Source: an uncultured virus (IMG/VR IMGVR_UViG_3300025502_000012)
Lineage: Duplodnaviria > Heunggongvirae > Uroviricota > Caudoviricetes
Length of the DNA stretch: 64,000 nucleotides
Virus record (IMG/VR): IMGVR_UViG_3300025502_000012
Direction: 5' to 3' (one strand)
Part shown: piece after piece, positions 18,766 to 28,839 of the stretch
How positions within the stretch are numbered: the first letter of the stretch is position 1
How the letters are laid out: each line of letters begins with the position of its first letter
Made by a program: the position numbers and the translations under genes
The notes under the pieces: model-generated
What the model saw: the letters and a program-made list of their open reading frames with translations, nothing else
The model's database searches: none
Told to the model about the DNA's origin: nothing

Positions 18766-19929
18766 TTACTTGACAATTTTTATGTCTTTTGTTTTACTTA
18801 TAGCGGCGCTATAAGCAGCCATGCTGTTTGTTAAATCCGCAGGTTCTACTGTAGATCCATCGCTTACCGCCACATCATCTATTTCAGATGAAGACTCTAC
18901 TTTTTTACCAAAGTAAGACTCTTTAAGAGTTGATACCTTAGTTTTAAAATCTTCTTCATTTGAATACTCAACTTCTTCAGCAAGTTTGTTAAATTTCTCC
19001 TTAGCAGTATCAGCTAAATCAGAAGACGATTCATCAATGATGTCTTGTCTTTTTAATTCGCCAATTGCTTTGTTTTGTTCAACATTCTTTGTTATTTGCT
19101 CATTAAGTTTTGCTTCAAGGTTTTCAATCTTAGTCGCTTGATCTTCAAGCACATTATATTTTTCATCTGGAACATCTATGTAATGATCTTCAAATAACTT
19201 TTTAAGACCACCGATAAAGTCCTCAGCAATTTCACCTTTGATTCCACGCTCTATTGCTAGTTTGTTTTCTTGCATCCATTCCTCAACAACATAGTTCAGG
19301 TATGAATCCACTTTTTCAACTAACTCAGATTTTGTAGTATCAACTTCTTCTTTTAATTTTTCCTCGTAAGACGCATGCATCTTCTTCTTAGCTTCTGAAA
19401 CTTTTGATTTCACTGCTGCTTCAAAGATAGTCGCTGCCTTAGATTTAAAATCTTCAGATAAGTCTTCGTCTTTAGTTAAAGCTTCAACATCTGCAGATAT
19501 GTCAATAGTGTCTTCATCAGACTCTTCTTTCATATCTTTTTTGTCTTTATGAGCATCCTCTTTCTTCTCTTTATCTTGCGATTTTTTAAGAGCGTCTAGA
19601 GCAGCTTTAGGCATTTCGCCTTCTTTAACTTCCGATTTCTTCTCATCTGCCGTGTCATCTTTCTGGTCTTCTTCCTTAAGCTTAGGCATTGCATCAGCAG
19701 CACCTTGATTAGCTTGTGGAGCTTGTCCAGAGATTTGACTTGTTTTCTTTGTGGCGTCAGGATTGCTGTCTGTTGGTTTTACAACAGCAGGACCTAAATC
19801 TTCAGCACTATTAGATAGTGGAGAAGGCTCAGCCGCTACAGCATTCTTTTTTGGAGCGTCTGCTTGTGGATTAATTGCTTCCACTACCGCTTCCTGTTCC
19901 ATCGCCTCAATATTTTTTTGTTCGGCCAT
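18766..19929 (-). CDS. gp22: Prohead core scaffold protein
   Basis: Acidic coiled coil, FKSKAATIFEAAV, YVVEEWM; lies between gp21 and gp23. Confidence 0.9.
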   Translation of the reverse strand: MAEQKNIEAMEQEAVVEAINPQADAPKKNAVAAEPSPLSNSAEDLGPAVVKPTDSNPDATKKTSQISGQAPQANQGAADAMPKLKEEDQKDDTADEKKSEVKEGEMPKAALDALKKSQDKEKKEDAHKDKKDMKEESDEDTIDISADVEALTKDEDLSEDFKSKAATIFEAAVKSKVSEAKKKMHASYEEKLKEEVDTTKSELVEKVDSYLNYVVEEWMQENKLAIERGIKGEIAEDFIGGLKKLFEDHYIDVPDEKYNVLEDQATKIENLEAKLNEQITKNVEQNKAIGELKRQDIIDESSSDLADTAKEKFNKLAEEVEYSNEEDFKTKVSTLKESYFGKKVESSSEIDDVAVSDGSTVEPADLTNSMAAYSAAISKTKDIKIVK

Positions 19930-19983
19930 TAGAAATCTCCTTTGATTTATTTATTAAGCTTAATAAATTTCCTTTGTATTGGA

Positions 19984-19991
19984 TATTTATA
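19984..19991 (-). promoter_or_regulatory. T4-type late promoter
   Basis: TATAAATA upstream of gp22. Confidence 0.75.
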
Positions 19992-19994
19992 AGA

Positions 19995-20639
19995 TTACAG
20001 TTTTTTAAGAAATGATTTGAATATGTCTAGTTTTTTTTCTTCTAGGACAGTTCTCTTTGCCTCTTGGATTTGTCTTTTCCAAGCTTCAATATCTACTTGT
20101 TTAAGAACACCACTGTCCCAAATCCACTCTCTACTCTCCATAATACCCTCTACGAAGGCGTCTGGAGCTGATGGATCTGCCACAATATCAGCCGCTGTGG
20201 CTAGATAAAAGTCGTCTTTTACAAAATTAATTCCATTTCTACTTATTATAGAACCCATACCTCTACTAGAAACTCCTAGTTGAGCGCCCTCATCAATAAG
20301 ACCTTTTACAATCTTACCATAAGGTGTGTCCATAATTTTTGCTTCACCAACAAAATTGTCTCCATCTGGTGTTAAACTTTTCACCATATGACAAACTCTT
20401 TCCAAGTTTACCGTTGGTCCATCAGGGTGTCCTAACTCGCCAAAAGCTCTATTTTTATTGATAAATTCTTTTGTATATCTATTCACTTCTCTAACCATGA
20501 TTTCTCTAGGATAGACTCTTCCATTTCTATTTTTGATATTTGATTGTAAGAATATACCTTTGATTTTATATTCTTTCTTGCCATTCACTTCTTCAGTGAT
20601 ATAATCGGCTGATACTACTTCTTCTGAAATTAATTTCAT
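19995..20639 (-). CDS. gp21: Prohead protease
   Basis: NRNGRVY, GELGHP, GVSSRGMG, DIVADPSAPDA. Confidence 0.95.
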   Translation of the reverse strand: MKLISEEVVSADYITEEVNGKKEYKIKGIFLQSNIKNRNGRVYPREIMVREVNRYTKEFINKNRAFGELGHPDGPTVNLERVCHMVKSLTPDGDNFVGEAKIMDTPYGKIVKGLIDEGAQLGVSSRGMGSIISRNGINFVKDDFYLATAADIVADPSAPDAFVEGIMESREWIWDSGVLKQVDIEAWKRQIQEAKRTVLEEKKLDIFKSFLKKL

Positions 20640-20660
20640 AAATTCTCTCTCTTTGTCTAA

Positions 20661-20668
20661 TATTTATA
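20661..20668 (-). promoter_or_regulatory. T4-type late promoter
   Basis: TATAAATA upstream of gp21. Confidence 0.75.
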
Positions 20669-20675
20669 AACTTTA

Positions 20676-21068
20676 TTACCTAAACTCTACAATAATCGTA
20701 TAATTATCACCAGTGACAAAATCTTTTGTAGATAATAAAATATCTCCTGTAGGCGTTGTAGCATTGTTCGCTACTTCGTTTCCAGCAGTTCTTAAATCCC
20801 AATAACCATTACCAGACAACAATAAAGCAGTGGCAGTTGTTGCGCCATCCCATAGTATTTCTACTCCAGCTTTGTTATTATTTGTGTTAATTGAGTACCA
20901 AATTTTTGATATTTTTCTATTACCATCTTCAGTCATAAAAGTTAATTCTGAAGCATCTACTTTTTTTACTAGTGTTTCACCAGTTCCATCGGATAAATTT
21001 GTAAGTTTCGCTACAAATTTGACACCTGAAGTATCTGATATTGTTTGTGATGTGACTGTATCTGCCAT
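20676..21068 (-). CDS. Hypothetical virion-associated protein
   Basis: Intact ORF in the head operon; shares LSG.G...L and GDILLS with its neighbour. Confidence 0.65.
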   Translation of the reverse strand: MADTVTSQTISDTSGVKFVAKLTNLSDGTGETLVKKVDASELTFMTEDGNRKISKIWYSINTNNNKAGVEILWDGATTATALLLSGNGYWDLRTAGNEVANNATTPTGDILLSTKDFVTGDNYTIIVEFR

Positions 21069-21430
21069 TAGTTATATCCTGTTTCTTTATGTGCTTCTAT
21101 TACGACATTATACTTTGTCACATTAGAATCACTGGATAGAAGTATATCTCCTATCGCATCTTTTATTTTTTCTTCAGTAGGTTTCAAACCATAATTACCA
21201 CGACCTGATAACTCTACTTTTTTTTCTGTGTCGTTCTTAAAAAACACAGTAATTGTACCTGTACCTTGTATCTCGTAAACAATATTTGCTACGGATACTT
21301 TAGGTTCTGAACTTGCTTTATTTGAGTTTACAACATCAATTAAAGTTTGTTCTTCTTCTTTCCCAATACCATTTGAGTTAACAATGATATGAAAATCATT
21401 ATCAACTAACTTTGTAGTTGATATAGTCAT
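21068..21430 (-). CDS. Hypothetical protein, paralog of 20676..21068
   Basis: KVSVANIVY, LSGRGNYGL, GDILLS. Confidence 0.65.
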   Translation of the reverse strand: MTISTTKLVDNDFHIIVNSNGIGKEEEQTLIDVVNSNKASSEPKVSVANIVYEIQGTGTITVFFKNDTEKKVELSGRGNYGLKPTEEKIKDAIGDILLSSDSNVTKYNVVIEAHKETGYN

Positions 21431-21432
21431 AA

Positions 21433-21684
21433 TTAACTTCTTGGTGATCCAACAGCTGCTGCTTTAGATGTACCACAAGTAATTTTTTCAGATGGATGCT
21501 TTTCTATAATAACAGTATCACCGTCTTCTAGGTAAAACTCACCTATCTTTGTACTACCATTAGCTAGTTCAAGTATTCCAGTCACATCTGCAGTAGCTGT
21601 AATTCTAACAAATACCGCTCTACCAAAATCGTTATCAGAGGGATTTGTTATAATGTCGCCTTTAACTATAAAAGTCTGTGCCAT
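21433..21684 (-). CDS. Hypothetical head-region protein
   Basis: Intact ORF, tightly packed in the operon. Confidence 0.6.
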   Translation of the reverse strand: MAQTFIVKGDIITNPSDNDFGRAVFVRITATADVTGILELANGSTKIGEFYLEDGDTVIIEKHPSEKITCGTSKAAAVGSPRS

Positions 21685-21685
21685 G

Positions 21686-21928
21686 TTATTCTTCTCCTAA
21701 TTGTTCTATTAATTCTTTATCAAAATAATCATAAAATTTATGTTTGTTAATATTATGAAATTCTGATACTTTATTAACAGAATTTTCAAACTTCTCAATA
21801 ATATTTCCAGTTTCTTTTTCAATCAACTTTATTATATCACCAACTGCTTCTTTCATCAACGGTGATAACTCATTGAAACTGTTTGAATCTATTACTAGAT
21901 TCTCTTTTACTAATTTACTGACCTGCAT
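21686..21928 (-). CDS. Hypothetical head-region protein
   Basis: Intact ORF, tightly packed in the operon. Confidence 0.6.
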   Translation of the reverse strand: MQVSKLVKENLVIDSNSFNELSPLMKEAVGDIIKLIEKETGNIIEKFENSVNKVSEFHNINKHKFYDYFDKELIEQLGEE

Positions 21929-22217
21929 CCTCTTGTCCTTGTGGTGTTAAGTCTATTTGTGCTTCACCATCTTGGCCTAGAGCTCCAGCTACAGAACCAT
22001 CTGGATTGAAACTACCGGGTTCAGCAATTTCAGGTTTTGGGTCGCTATGAGATTCTGCGTCAAGTGTTCCATTAAACAAATTACTAGCAACTTCTTTTCT
22101 TTGACCATCTAACGAATCACCTACTTTAACTCTTAACGCATCTTTGAATGCATCTCCAGCCGAAGCGTTGTCGCCATTTGCTATTTGATCTATAAAACTT
22201 TTTACTTCTTCACTCAT
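21915..22217 (-). CDS. Small acidic prohead core protein (gp67-like by position)
   Basis: Immediately after the portal gene; acidic; GGAG RBS. Confidence 0.55.
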   Translation of the reverse strand: MSEEVKSFIDQIANGDNASAGDAFKDALRVKVGDSLDGQRKEVASNLFNGTLDAESHSDPKPEIAEPGSFNPDGSVAGALGQDGEAQIDLTPQGQEDAGQ

Positions 22218-22227
22218 TTTATTACTC

Positions 22228-23757
22228 CTATGTTAAATCGTCACTATCTGTGACTTGAGCCATTGGGTCTTGGATAACTTTAGATTTAATTTCTTTTCTA
22301 ATTTGTCTATCCATATCTTCAATTTCTCTTTCATTTTGTTTTAATACATGCTTTCGCACATACTCTACTGAGAAGAATTTACCAATGTAATCTCTCATCT
22401 CGTTTGCCAATGCTAATCTCTCTCTTAACAATTCAGTTTGTTTAAGTTCAGCAAAGTGGCCATCTTGTAGAAAATCATATTGTAAACAATCTCTAACTGT
22501 ATACCAATCTGTTTCAGCGATAATACCTTTTAAGACTAATTGTGTTCTTAAAATATCATTGAACAGTTCAGTAAATTTCTTTCTTAATCTTTGTACAAAC
22601 TTCGTAAATTTCAATTCATCTCTTGTAATTTCTGAAGCTCTACCTAGATTAAAACCTTGAGAAGCTTCTAATCTACTTGTTGGTACATTCAATGATCTAT
22701 AAAGTTTAGCTCTAAAATATTCAATATCTGCTATCTCACCTAGATTTTGACCGCCAGGCAAAGTAGTAATATCAGTACCTCTTCCACCCTCTCTACTTGG
22801 TAGCCAGAAGTCTTCCAACATTGACATATAATTTCTGTCATCTTTTATTTCTCCTGTTCCAGCGTCATAGACAAGTTTATTTCTATATCTTGCCATAACA
22901 TCTCTTAAATATTGTTCAGCTTTTGCCTTAGGCAAATTACCTACATCAATCTTAAATATTCTTCTTTCAGGTGCTCTAGCTATACGATAGATCACTGCTG
23001 AATCTTCAATCATTCTTAATTGATTAACAGGTTTAATCGCCTTATGTAAATAAGACAATACCATGTTTTTGTTTTGGTCAATTAATCCTGATGCACAGAA
23101 AGCGATTGTATCTGGTGCTATCTTAATACCAGATTGACCAGTTGTACCTGATAAACCTCTTTCGTTATATAAAAAGTATTCAATATATTCATCAACAACA
23201 GCTAAACTGTTTAGTGATGATGGCATTGGAGTGTCAGGTCTTTTCTTCCTAACTTCTCTAATCTTTTTGATCTTTCTAGGATCAATATACTTTAATTCTG
23301 TTATACCTTTTTTAGGACTTTCTCTATCAATGACCTTTTGAAAAAAGATCCTTCCATCAACATACCACCTTCTAAAAAGGTCATGTCCTTTTGTATTGAA
23401 ATTCATTAACTTCAACACTTCTCTAAACTCGTCTTCTATCTTACCTCTAACTTCTTTTCCATAAGGTAAGTCAGTTAAATTCACTCTTACTGCATCTTTC
23501 AATTCATTAGCAACAATAGCCTCATTGACAATATCTTCTATCGCCATATCACATTCAGGGTGTAAAGCTATTTCTCTATATCTACGAACTAGGTCCTGCT
23601 CTGTCTTCGCAGTACCTTCCATGTCAAGGTATGATCCAAAGTGTCCTCCAGCATTGACCGTTTGTGTACCGTCATCTGCTTGAGCTGTTGTAAACGCTTG
23701 TTTTGGATCAGCTTGTTTCTTTAGTTTTGTTATTGAAAAGCCGAATAGTTCTGCCAT
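22228..23757 (-). CDS. gp20: Portal protein
   Basis: IYRIARAPERRIFKIDVGNLPK, EDFWLPSREGGRGTDITTLPGG. Confidence 0.97.
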   Translation of the reverse strand: MAELFGFSITKLKKQADPKQAFTTAQADDGTQTVNAGGHFGSYLDMEGTAKTEQDLVRRYREIALHPECDMAIEDIVNEAIVANELKDAVRVNLTDLPYGKEVRGKIEDEFREVLKLMNFNTKGHDLFRRWYVDGRIFFQKVIDRESPKKGITELKYIDPRKIKKIREVRKKRPDTPMPSSLNSLAVVDEYIEYFLYNERGLSGTTGQSGIKIAPDTIAFCASGLIDQNKNMVLSYLHKAIKPVNQLRMIEDSAVIYRIARAPERRIFKIDVGNLPKAKAEQYLRDVMARYRNKLVYDAGTGEIKDDRNYMSMLEDFWLPSREGGRGTDITTLPGGQNLGEIADIEYFRAKLYRSLNVPTSRLEASQGFNLGRASEITRDELKFTKFVQRLRKKFTELFNDILRTQLVLKGIIAETDWYTVRDCLQYDFLQDGHFAELKQTELLRERLALANEMRDYIGKFFSVEYVRKHVLKQNEREIEDMDRQIRKEIKSKVIQDPMAQVTDSDDLT

Positions 23758-23792
23758 AATAATCTCCTTGTACTACTACTTATAATGGATTT

Positions 23793-23816
23793 AAAAGAGG
23801 GGCTTAGCGCCCCTCT
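23793..23816 (-). terminator. Terminator-like hairpin after gp19
   Basis: AGAGGGGC-5nt-GCCCCTCT then TTT; followed by the late-promoter variant TATAAGTA (23777-23784). Confidence 0.7.
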
Positions 23817-23830
23817 AGTATATCTAATTA

Positions 23831-24358
23831 TTAAGTTGTAGTATTTGTTTCAAAATACTGGTACGCAAACTCAACAGAAAAAGTTTCAACTTCTCCTTTT
23901 TGATCGTAGTCTAAAGCTATTTCAGCTAAAGATATTGGGTACGCACCTCTTAAAGTATAAGACTTAATTGTATTACCGTTTCTATCTAAATGATCAACGA
24001 ATGCATCAACTTGATAGTCAACAGGATTTGTTAATCCTTCATTGTCAGTCATGTTGTTGATTCCATTTTGCCATCTTTCAAATGCGTTTCTTAATTTGAA
24101 ATTTGTATCATTTAATACTGTGATAGACCAATTTGGTATTGTTCTATCGCCAGCGATCTTAACAGCTCTTCCTCTAAAATTAACATCAATATTTTCAATT
24201 GACATTCCAGGAATAGCAGCTGATCTACATAAAAACGCTAGGTCTTCTATTTCTCCACCAACTTGAGCATAACCAGGGAAAGGCATTGTCACCTTAAACT
24301 GATTGGCACGAGCGCCACCGCCTGCAAGTTTAGCTTTGAAGTCATTTATGTTTGCCAT
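23831..24358 (-). CDS. gp19: Tail tube protein
   Basis: GGGARANQF, FRGRAVKIAGDRT, LRNAFERW. Confidence 0.95.
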   Translation of the reverse strand: MANINDFKAKLAGGGARANQFKVTMPFPGYAQVGGEIEDLAFLCRSAAIPGMSIENIDVNFRGRAVKIAGDRTIPNWSITVLNDTNFKLRNAFERWQNGINNMTDNEGLTNPVDYQVDAFVDHLDRNGNTIKSYTLRGAYPISLAEIALDYDQKGEVETFSVEFAYQYFETNTTT

Positions 24359-24379
24359 TTTTTATTTCTCCTCTACTAA

Positions 24380-26323
24380 TTAACCGCCAGCGACTTCTTC
24401 AAAAGCCACGCCAGTTCTTGTTGCGATGAATTGTAATGTAATAAAGTTGATTGATCTTGTTGGTTTAACAAAGATCTCAGCTATAAACTCATTTCTATCA
24501 ATTACTTCACCTGTGTTGTTAGTTTCATCACATACTACTAAAAAGTCTGTGATACCTCGTCTGCCTTGTACTTCTCTTAGGAAAGGCTCAACTATGTTTC
24601 TAAAGTTTGCTCTTGTAAATTCATCATTGAACTCAAAAAGTTGAAATTTAGAAGCTGTTGAGATAGCCTTTTCCAATGTAATGAATAATCTTCTTACATT
24701 GATTCTATCAAAAGCACTTGGTGAACTTAATCCAGTTTTATCACCGAAAAGAACTGTACCTTGACCTGGGAAAGTTGACACAGGGTTAACTCTGCTAGGG
24801 TAAAGTTGATCTCTTTGGGATTTAGTTGGATTGTATGCTAGTTTAACTGCGCCTCTTACTATACCTCTGTTTAATCCAGCGGGAGAGTACCAAGCGTCAG
24901 CAACTAAATCAGTTCTTGCTGCTAATCCAGCAATATCACCATTTAATGGAACAAATCTGTAAACATCATTGTATCTGTCATAACAATATTTGTATCCACT
25001 ATCAAATACAACATATGAACTTGATCTAATACTATCAAAGAAACCGATAACATTAGTAGTTTGTGTATTTGAGTTAGTGATATTAACTACATCTGCTCTT
25101 TGTGGTGAAGCAAAAACGATTGCATCTTTTCTATTCTCTGCAAGAGTGATTAGATTATCAACATGCGTTGAACTTCCACTTGGGCCTGTAATTATTAAAC
25201 CTACATCAACTGTTTCAGCGTCTGAAAACTTTTCATAAGCTGTTTTTAATTGACCAGCAGTCACAGAAGAGCCATCAGCTCCAGCTGTAAGTGATTCAGA
25301 AGTTGGTGAAGTCACAGAAGTATAGGTTGTACCTGTTGCTGCTGTTCCCCAATTAGTTCCTGAAGCGTTGTGATCAGTCCAGTAAATGTATTGTGATTTA
25401 TTTTTGATTACTGTTGGATAGTAGTTTGTGTCTCCTTGCGGAGTTTTTGCGTCAGATGCTTTAGATACTTTAGAAAAAGTTTCAATAACTGCTCCTGGAG
25501 TACCTGAAATACCACCGTCTTCATCAATGACTACTACATGGATTTCATCGCCTGAGCCACTTCTATCTGAAGCCCATGCTGATGTTCCTGGAGCGCCATC
25601 TACTGAATCGTAATACTTCCATCTTCTTTTTATTCTTGCGTCATCTGCAATAGCCGTTTGAACACCACCAGCTCCTCTAGGGTGTTGTACTAAAGTTATT
25701 GAAGTCGCAGCTACTGCTGTCAATCTATACTTTTCGCCAGAAGTAAAATCTACTCCTCCGCCAGTTGTAGAGAACTCAATAATGTCACCTACATTTAAAT
25801 ATGTAGTTGCATCTGAATCCATAGTGATTGATGTATCGCCAACAGCGACATCAGCTTGATCTATTTGTTCTGCAGTTGTTGTTGTAGCTTCGTAAGCTGC
25901 TGCTGATGGACAAGTTGCAACTTGTAGGTTATTACCCCAACTTCCACCACTTTTTGCTGTGAAAGTTATTGCGGTTGCTTGACCAGAAGCATAGTTATTT
26001 TCGTAGTCGTCATCATTTTTGATTAAAATACTTGAACCTGAAGTATTTGCATTCGTTAATGATGTATTTTGGGCTCGTACTACTCTTAATGCGTTAGAGT
26101 ACGCCAAGAAGTTAGCAGCTGAAAAAAAATACTCAAAGTTTGTTGAGTCTGGTTTTCCAAATGTTTCTACTAATTCTTGTTCACTAGAAATTGCTACGAT
26201 TTCGTCAACTGGACCTTTTGCGAATTGACCTGCAAAGGCTCCGATTGATGTTGAGACCGCAGGAATAATTCTACTTAAATCTTTTTCCTGTACGAGAACA
26301 CCTGGTGATACTTGAAATGCCAT
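24380..26323 (-). CDS. gp18: Tail sheath protein
   Basis: SPGVLVQEKD, WYSPAGLNRG, FDRINVRRLF. Confidence 0.97.
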   Translation of the reverse strand: MAFQVSPGVLVQEKDLSRIIPAVSTSIGAFAGQFAKGPVDEIVAISSEQELVETFGKPDSTNFEYFFSAANFLAYSNALRVVRAQNTSLTNANTSGSSILIKNDDDYENNYASGQATAITFTAKSGGSWGNNLQVATCPSAAAYEATTTTAEQIDQADVAVGDTSITMDSDATTYLNVGDIIEFSTTGGGVDFTSGEKYRLTAVAATSITLVQHPRGAGGVQTAIADDARIKRRWKYYDSVDGAPGTSAWASDRSGSGDEIHVVVIDEDGGISGTPGAVIETFSKVSKASDAKTPQGDTNYYPTVIKNKSQYIYWTDHNASGTNWGTAATGTTYTSVTSPTSESLTAGADGSSVTAGQLKTAYEKFSDAETVDVGLIITGPSGSSTHVDNLITLAENRKDAIVFASPQRADVVNITNSNTQTTNVIGFFDSIRSSSYVVFDSGYKYCYDRYNDVYRFVPLNGDIAGLAARTDLVADAWYSPAGLNRGIVRGAVKLAYNPTKSQRDQLYPSRVNPVSTFPGQGTVLFGDKTGLSSPSAFDRINVRRLFITLEKAISTASKFQLFEFNDEFTRANFRNIVEPFLREVQGRRGITDFLVVCDETNNTGEVIDRNEFIAEIFVKPTRSINFITLQFIATRTGVAFEEVAGG

Positions 26324-26419
26324 AGGTTGTTTCTCCTCTTTAATTAGCTAATTATCATTTTTAATTTATCAAAATCCGTAAGTTTTCTTACGACCATATT
26401 CAATTTTATCAGTTGTAGA

Positions 26420-26427
26420 TATTTATA
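26420..26427 (-). promoter_or_regulatory. T4-type late promoter
   Basis: TATAAATA upstream of gp18. Confidence 0.75.
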
Positions 26428-26446
26428 ATAACAAAAAATTGTAGTT

Positions 26447-28102
26447 TTATTGACCCTTTCGGACTGCTGGATACCAACGAGTACCATACTCGTCAATAGT
26501 TTCTTCATTGGCTGGGTCACTATTGATACCATCATCTACAAATCCAAATGGTGCCATATCTTGTTCTATAAGATTTTGTTGTTCCATGTACATCTGATTT
26601 CGTATATTTGAATCAGATAATTCCTTAAAGTACGGCTGATTAGATAACCAACCAAATATGACTAAACACATGACTAAATCGTCATTACAGCCTTCTTCAG
26701 CCATCCAACTATTACCCTTACGACTAAATGTTGATACTTCTTCTATTATAGAGAAGTCATTGACTTGTATCTTATCACCCTCTATAAGCGTCTTAAAATT
26801 CGCACAACCAACCTTTTTTATCTGTTTTGTCATACGAACTCCTAATGATGTACCTCTACCTGAGAACATCGCTCCAAGTATTTGACCAGCTCTACCCTTT
26901 TGAGTAGTCATCAATATATTAGGATATTCTAACTCGTAATGCATCGCCTCTGATATAGATTGACCTAGATCATTGACTTCAATTAGTGTATGTGCTTCAT
27001 TGTATGCTATTGCTGTTTGTGCTATTATGTTTGGAAAGACAAATGGTTTGACTTCATTATTTTTGTAAGTACACACTACTTCATATGGAATCTTTTTACT
27101 GTCATCTTTTGTGACATCTATAATTATAAACGCAGAGTAATCTCTACCTGTACCTCTGGCGACATCAACACAACAAACATACATACGACCCTTTTCTGGC
27201 TTCTTAAACATCTTCAAACCATTCCTAGATTGTATTGGATCAAAATAAGGTAAATTTTTAATCTTCGCTGGTGAGATAAGAGTATCTACTGAACCTAAAA
27301 ATTCACATTCAAACTCTTGTTGAAATTGTTCCTCACTAGTATTTCTAATGGTCATCTCTTTCCATTTTTCATCTCTACCAGGAACTTCTGACCAATGAAC
27401 TTCTATTGGTATATAATCATTTCTTTTATTGATAGCATCAATCCATAATTTATAGTATTGATTCATACCATGAGGTGTAGATACAATAATCATCTTTGTC
27501 TTTGTACCAGATGAAATTGTAGGATAAACTGAACTAAAAAACATCTCTGCGATATTCGCTGGTACGAAAGCAAACTCATCAAGGAAGATTATATTATAAG
27601 AACCTCCCCGAATGGCACTTGAAGATGTGGCAGCGGCGACTATGGTTGATTTGTTTTCTAATTCAATATTACCTTTGTTCCAATTGATTACACCTTGTTG
27701 CATCCATTTAGGTAAGTTTTCATAAGCAAGTTGTAGTCTTCCTAATATATCTCTAGCAGTTGTTGATTTGTTAGCAAGTAAAGCGATATTAGAATTAGGA
27801 TTAAATAAAGCGTAATGTAAAAGATAAGAAATTGTAGTCGTTGACTTACCAGACTGTCTAGGTAATTTACAAATTGTAAATCTGTTATCATGTATAGTCT
27901 GTACAATCTTTTTTTGAAAGTCGTACATCTTAAAAGGAACAAGACCCAAATCAAGCGATACAATACGAACATATGTCTCCATAAAGTAAATTGGATCTCC
28001 AGCACACTTTTGATATTCTAATATTTGATCTTTAGTAAACTCTTGTGGTGTGTTTACTTTTTTAAGGTTTGGATTACCTAGATATTGGTCTTGTCCACTC
28101 AT
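26447..28102 (-). CDS. gp17: Terminase large subunit
   Basis: YLGNPNLK, PRQSGKS, FLDEFAF, STPHG, DDLVM. Confidence 0.97.
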   Translation of the reverse strand: MSGQDQYLGNPNLKKVNTPQEFTKDQILEYQKCAGDPIYFMETYVRIVSLDLGLVPFKMYDFQKKIVQTIHDNRFTICKLPRQSGKSTTTISYLLHYALFNPNSNIALLANKSTTARDILGRLQLAYENLPKWMQQGVINWNKGNIELENKSTIVAAATSSSAIRGGSYNIIFLDEFAFVPANIAEMFFSSVYPTISSGTKTKMIIVSTPHGMNQYYKLWIDAINKRNDYIPIEVHWSEVPGRDEKWKEMTIRNTSEEQFQQEFECEFLGSVDTLISPAKIKNLPYFDPIQSRNGLKMFKKPEKGRMYVCCVDVARGTGRDYSAFIIIDVTKDDSKKIPYEVVCTYKNNEVKPFVFPNIIAQTAIAYNEAHTLIEVNDLGQSISEAMHYELEYPNILMTTQKGRAGQILGAMFSGRGTSLGVRMTKQIKKVGCANFKTLIEGDKIQVNDFSIIEEVSTFSRKGNSWMAEEGCNDDLVMCLVIFGWLSNQPYFKELSDSNIRNQMYMEQQNLIEQDMAPFGFVDDGINSDPANEETIDEYGTRWYPAVRKGQ

Positions 28103-28105
28103 CTG

Positions 28106-28417
28106 TTATATCCTTTTATCATTTTTTATAATAACCTCAATATGAGTATATCCAAGTTTGTTCGCTTGTGTCACTCTTTGACTACCTTTTAAAACACTAT
28201 ACTCTTTTTCAATATATGGTTGACCTGTTGCACCAAATCTATTCTTTTGTTTAGTATGTTTAAAGACTTCAATTGGATTATCCATAATATCTTTTATATT
28301 TTCAACACCGTCTGTTAATTTAGGGTTATACTTTTCGTAATAAGTATTATAAGTTAAATCACTTATCGCTAGTATTGTCTTCTTTTGGTGTGATGTTTTT
28401 GCTTTCAATATTTTCAT
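28106..28417 (-). CDS. Small hypothetical protein, ParB-like motif
   Basis: YSVLKGSQRVTQANKLGYTHIEVII resembles the ParB G..R..A...LG core. Confidence 0.5.
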   Translation of the reverse strand: MKILKAKTSHQKKTILAISDLTYNTYYEKYNPKLTDGVENIKDIMDNPIEVFKHTKQKNRFGATGQPYIEKEYSVLKGSQRVTQANKLGYTHIEVIIKNDKRI

Positions 28418-28835
28418 CTTTTTTTAACATCTTTTGTAATTCAGCTGTTGATCCTACAAACAATGCGTTTTGTATTTTTGGATTAACGCCTTTTGGTAAT
28501 TCTTTTAAATCTTTTAATTTTTTTTGTAGGTCTTGTAGTTTATCTACTGTTTGTCCTACTTGTCCTATAAGTTGACCAGCAACTTCATATGCTCTAGGGT
28601 GTTGTCCTTCTTTAGCTATATCTAATATACCTTGAATAGCCTCATTACCTTTATCAATTAAATTGTAATAACTATCTCTACTATAATTGTAATCGTTATC
28701 AATATCTTTTTTTTCATCACCTTCTTTACGAATTACAGGAGAGTTAAATTCTTGTTTAACTATTAACTTTTCATGCTCCTCTGGACCACTACCTATTCCT
28801 AATATATCATTTACCTTGTCTTCTAATTTAGTCAT
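28359..28835 (-). CDS. gp16: Terminase small subunit
   Basis: DYNYSR, HPRAYEVAGQLI, NALFVGSTAELQK. Confidence 0.9.
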   Translation of the reverse strand: MTKLEDKVNDILGIGSGPEEHEKLIVKQEFNSPVIRKEGDEKKDIDNDYNYSRDSYYNLIDKGNEAIQGILDIAKEGQHPRAYEVAGQLIGQVGQTVDKLQDLQKKLKDLKELPKGVNPKIQNALFVGSTAELQKMLKKDENIESKNITPKEDNTSDK

Positions 28836-28839
28836 ACTA

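Noticed and set aside
26344..26535. 63-aa minus-strand ORF
   Set aside because: Alternative frame over the gp17 end and the gp18 late promoter; no support
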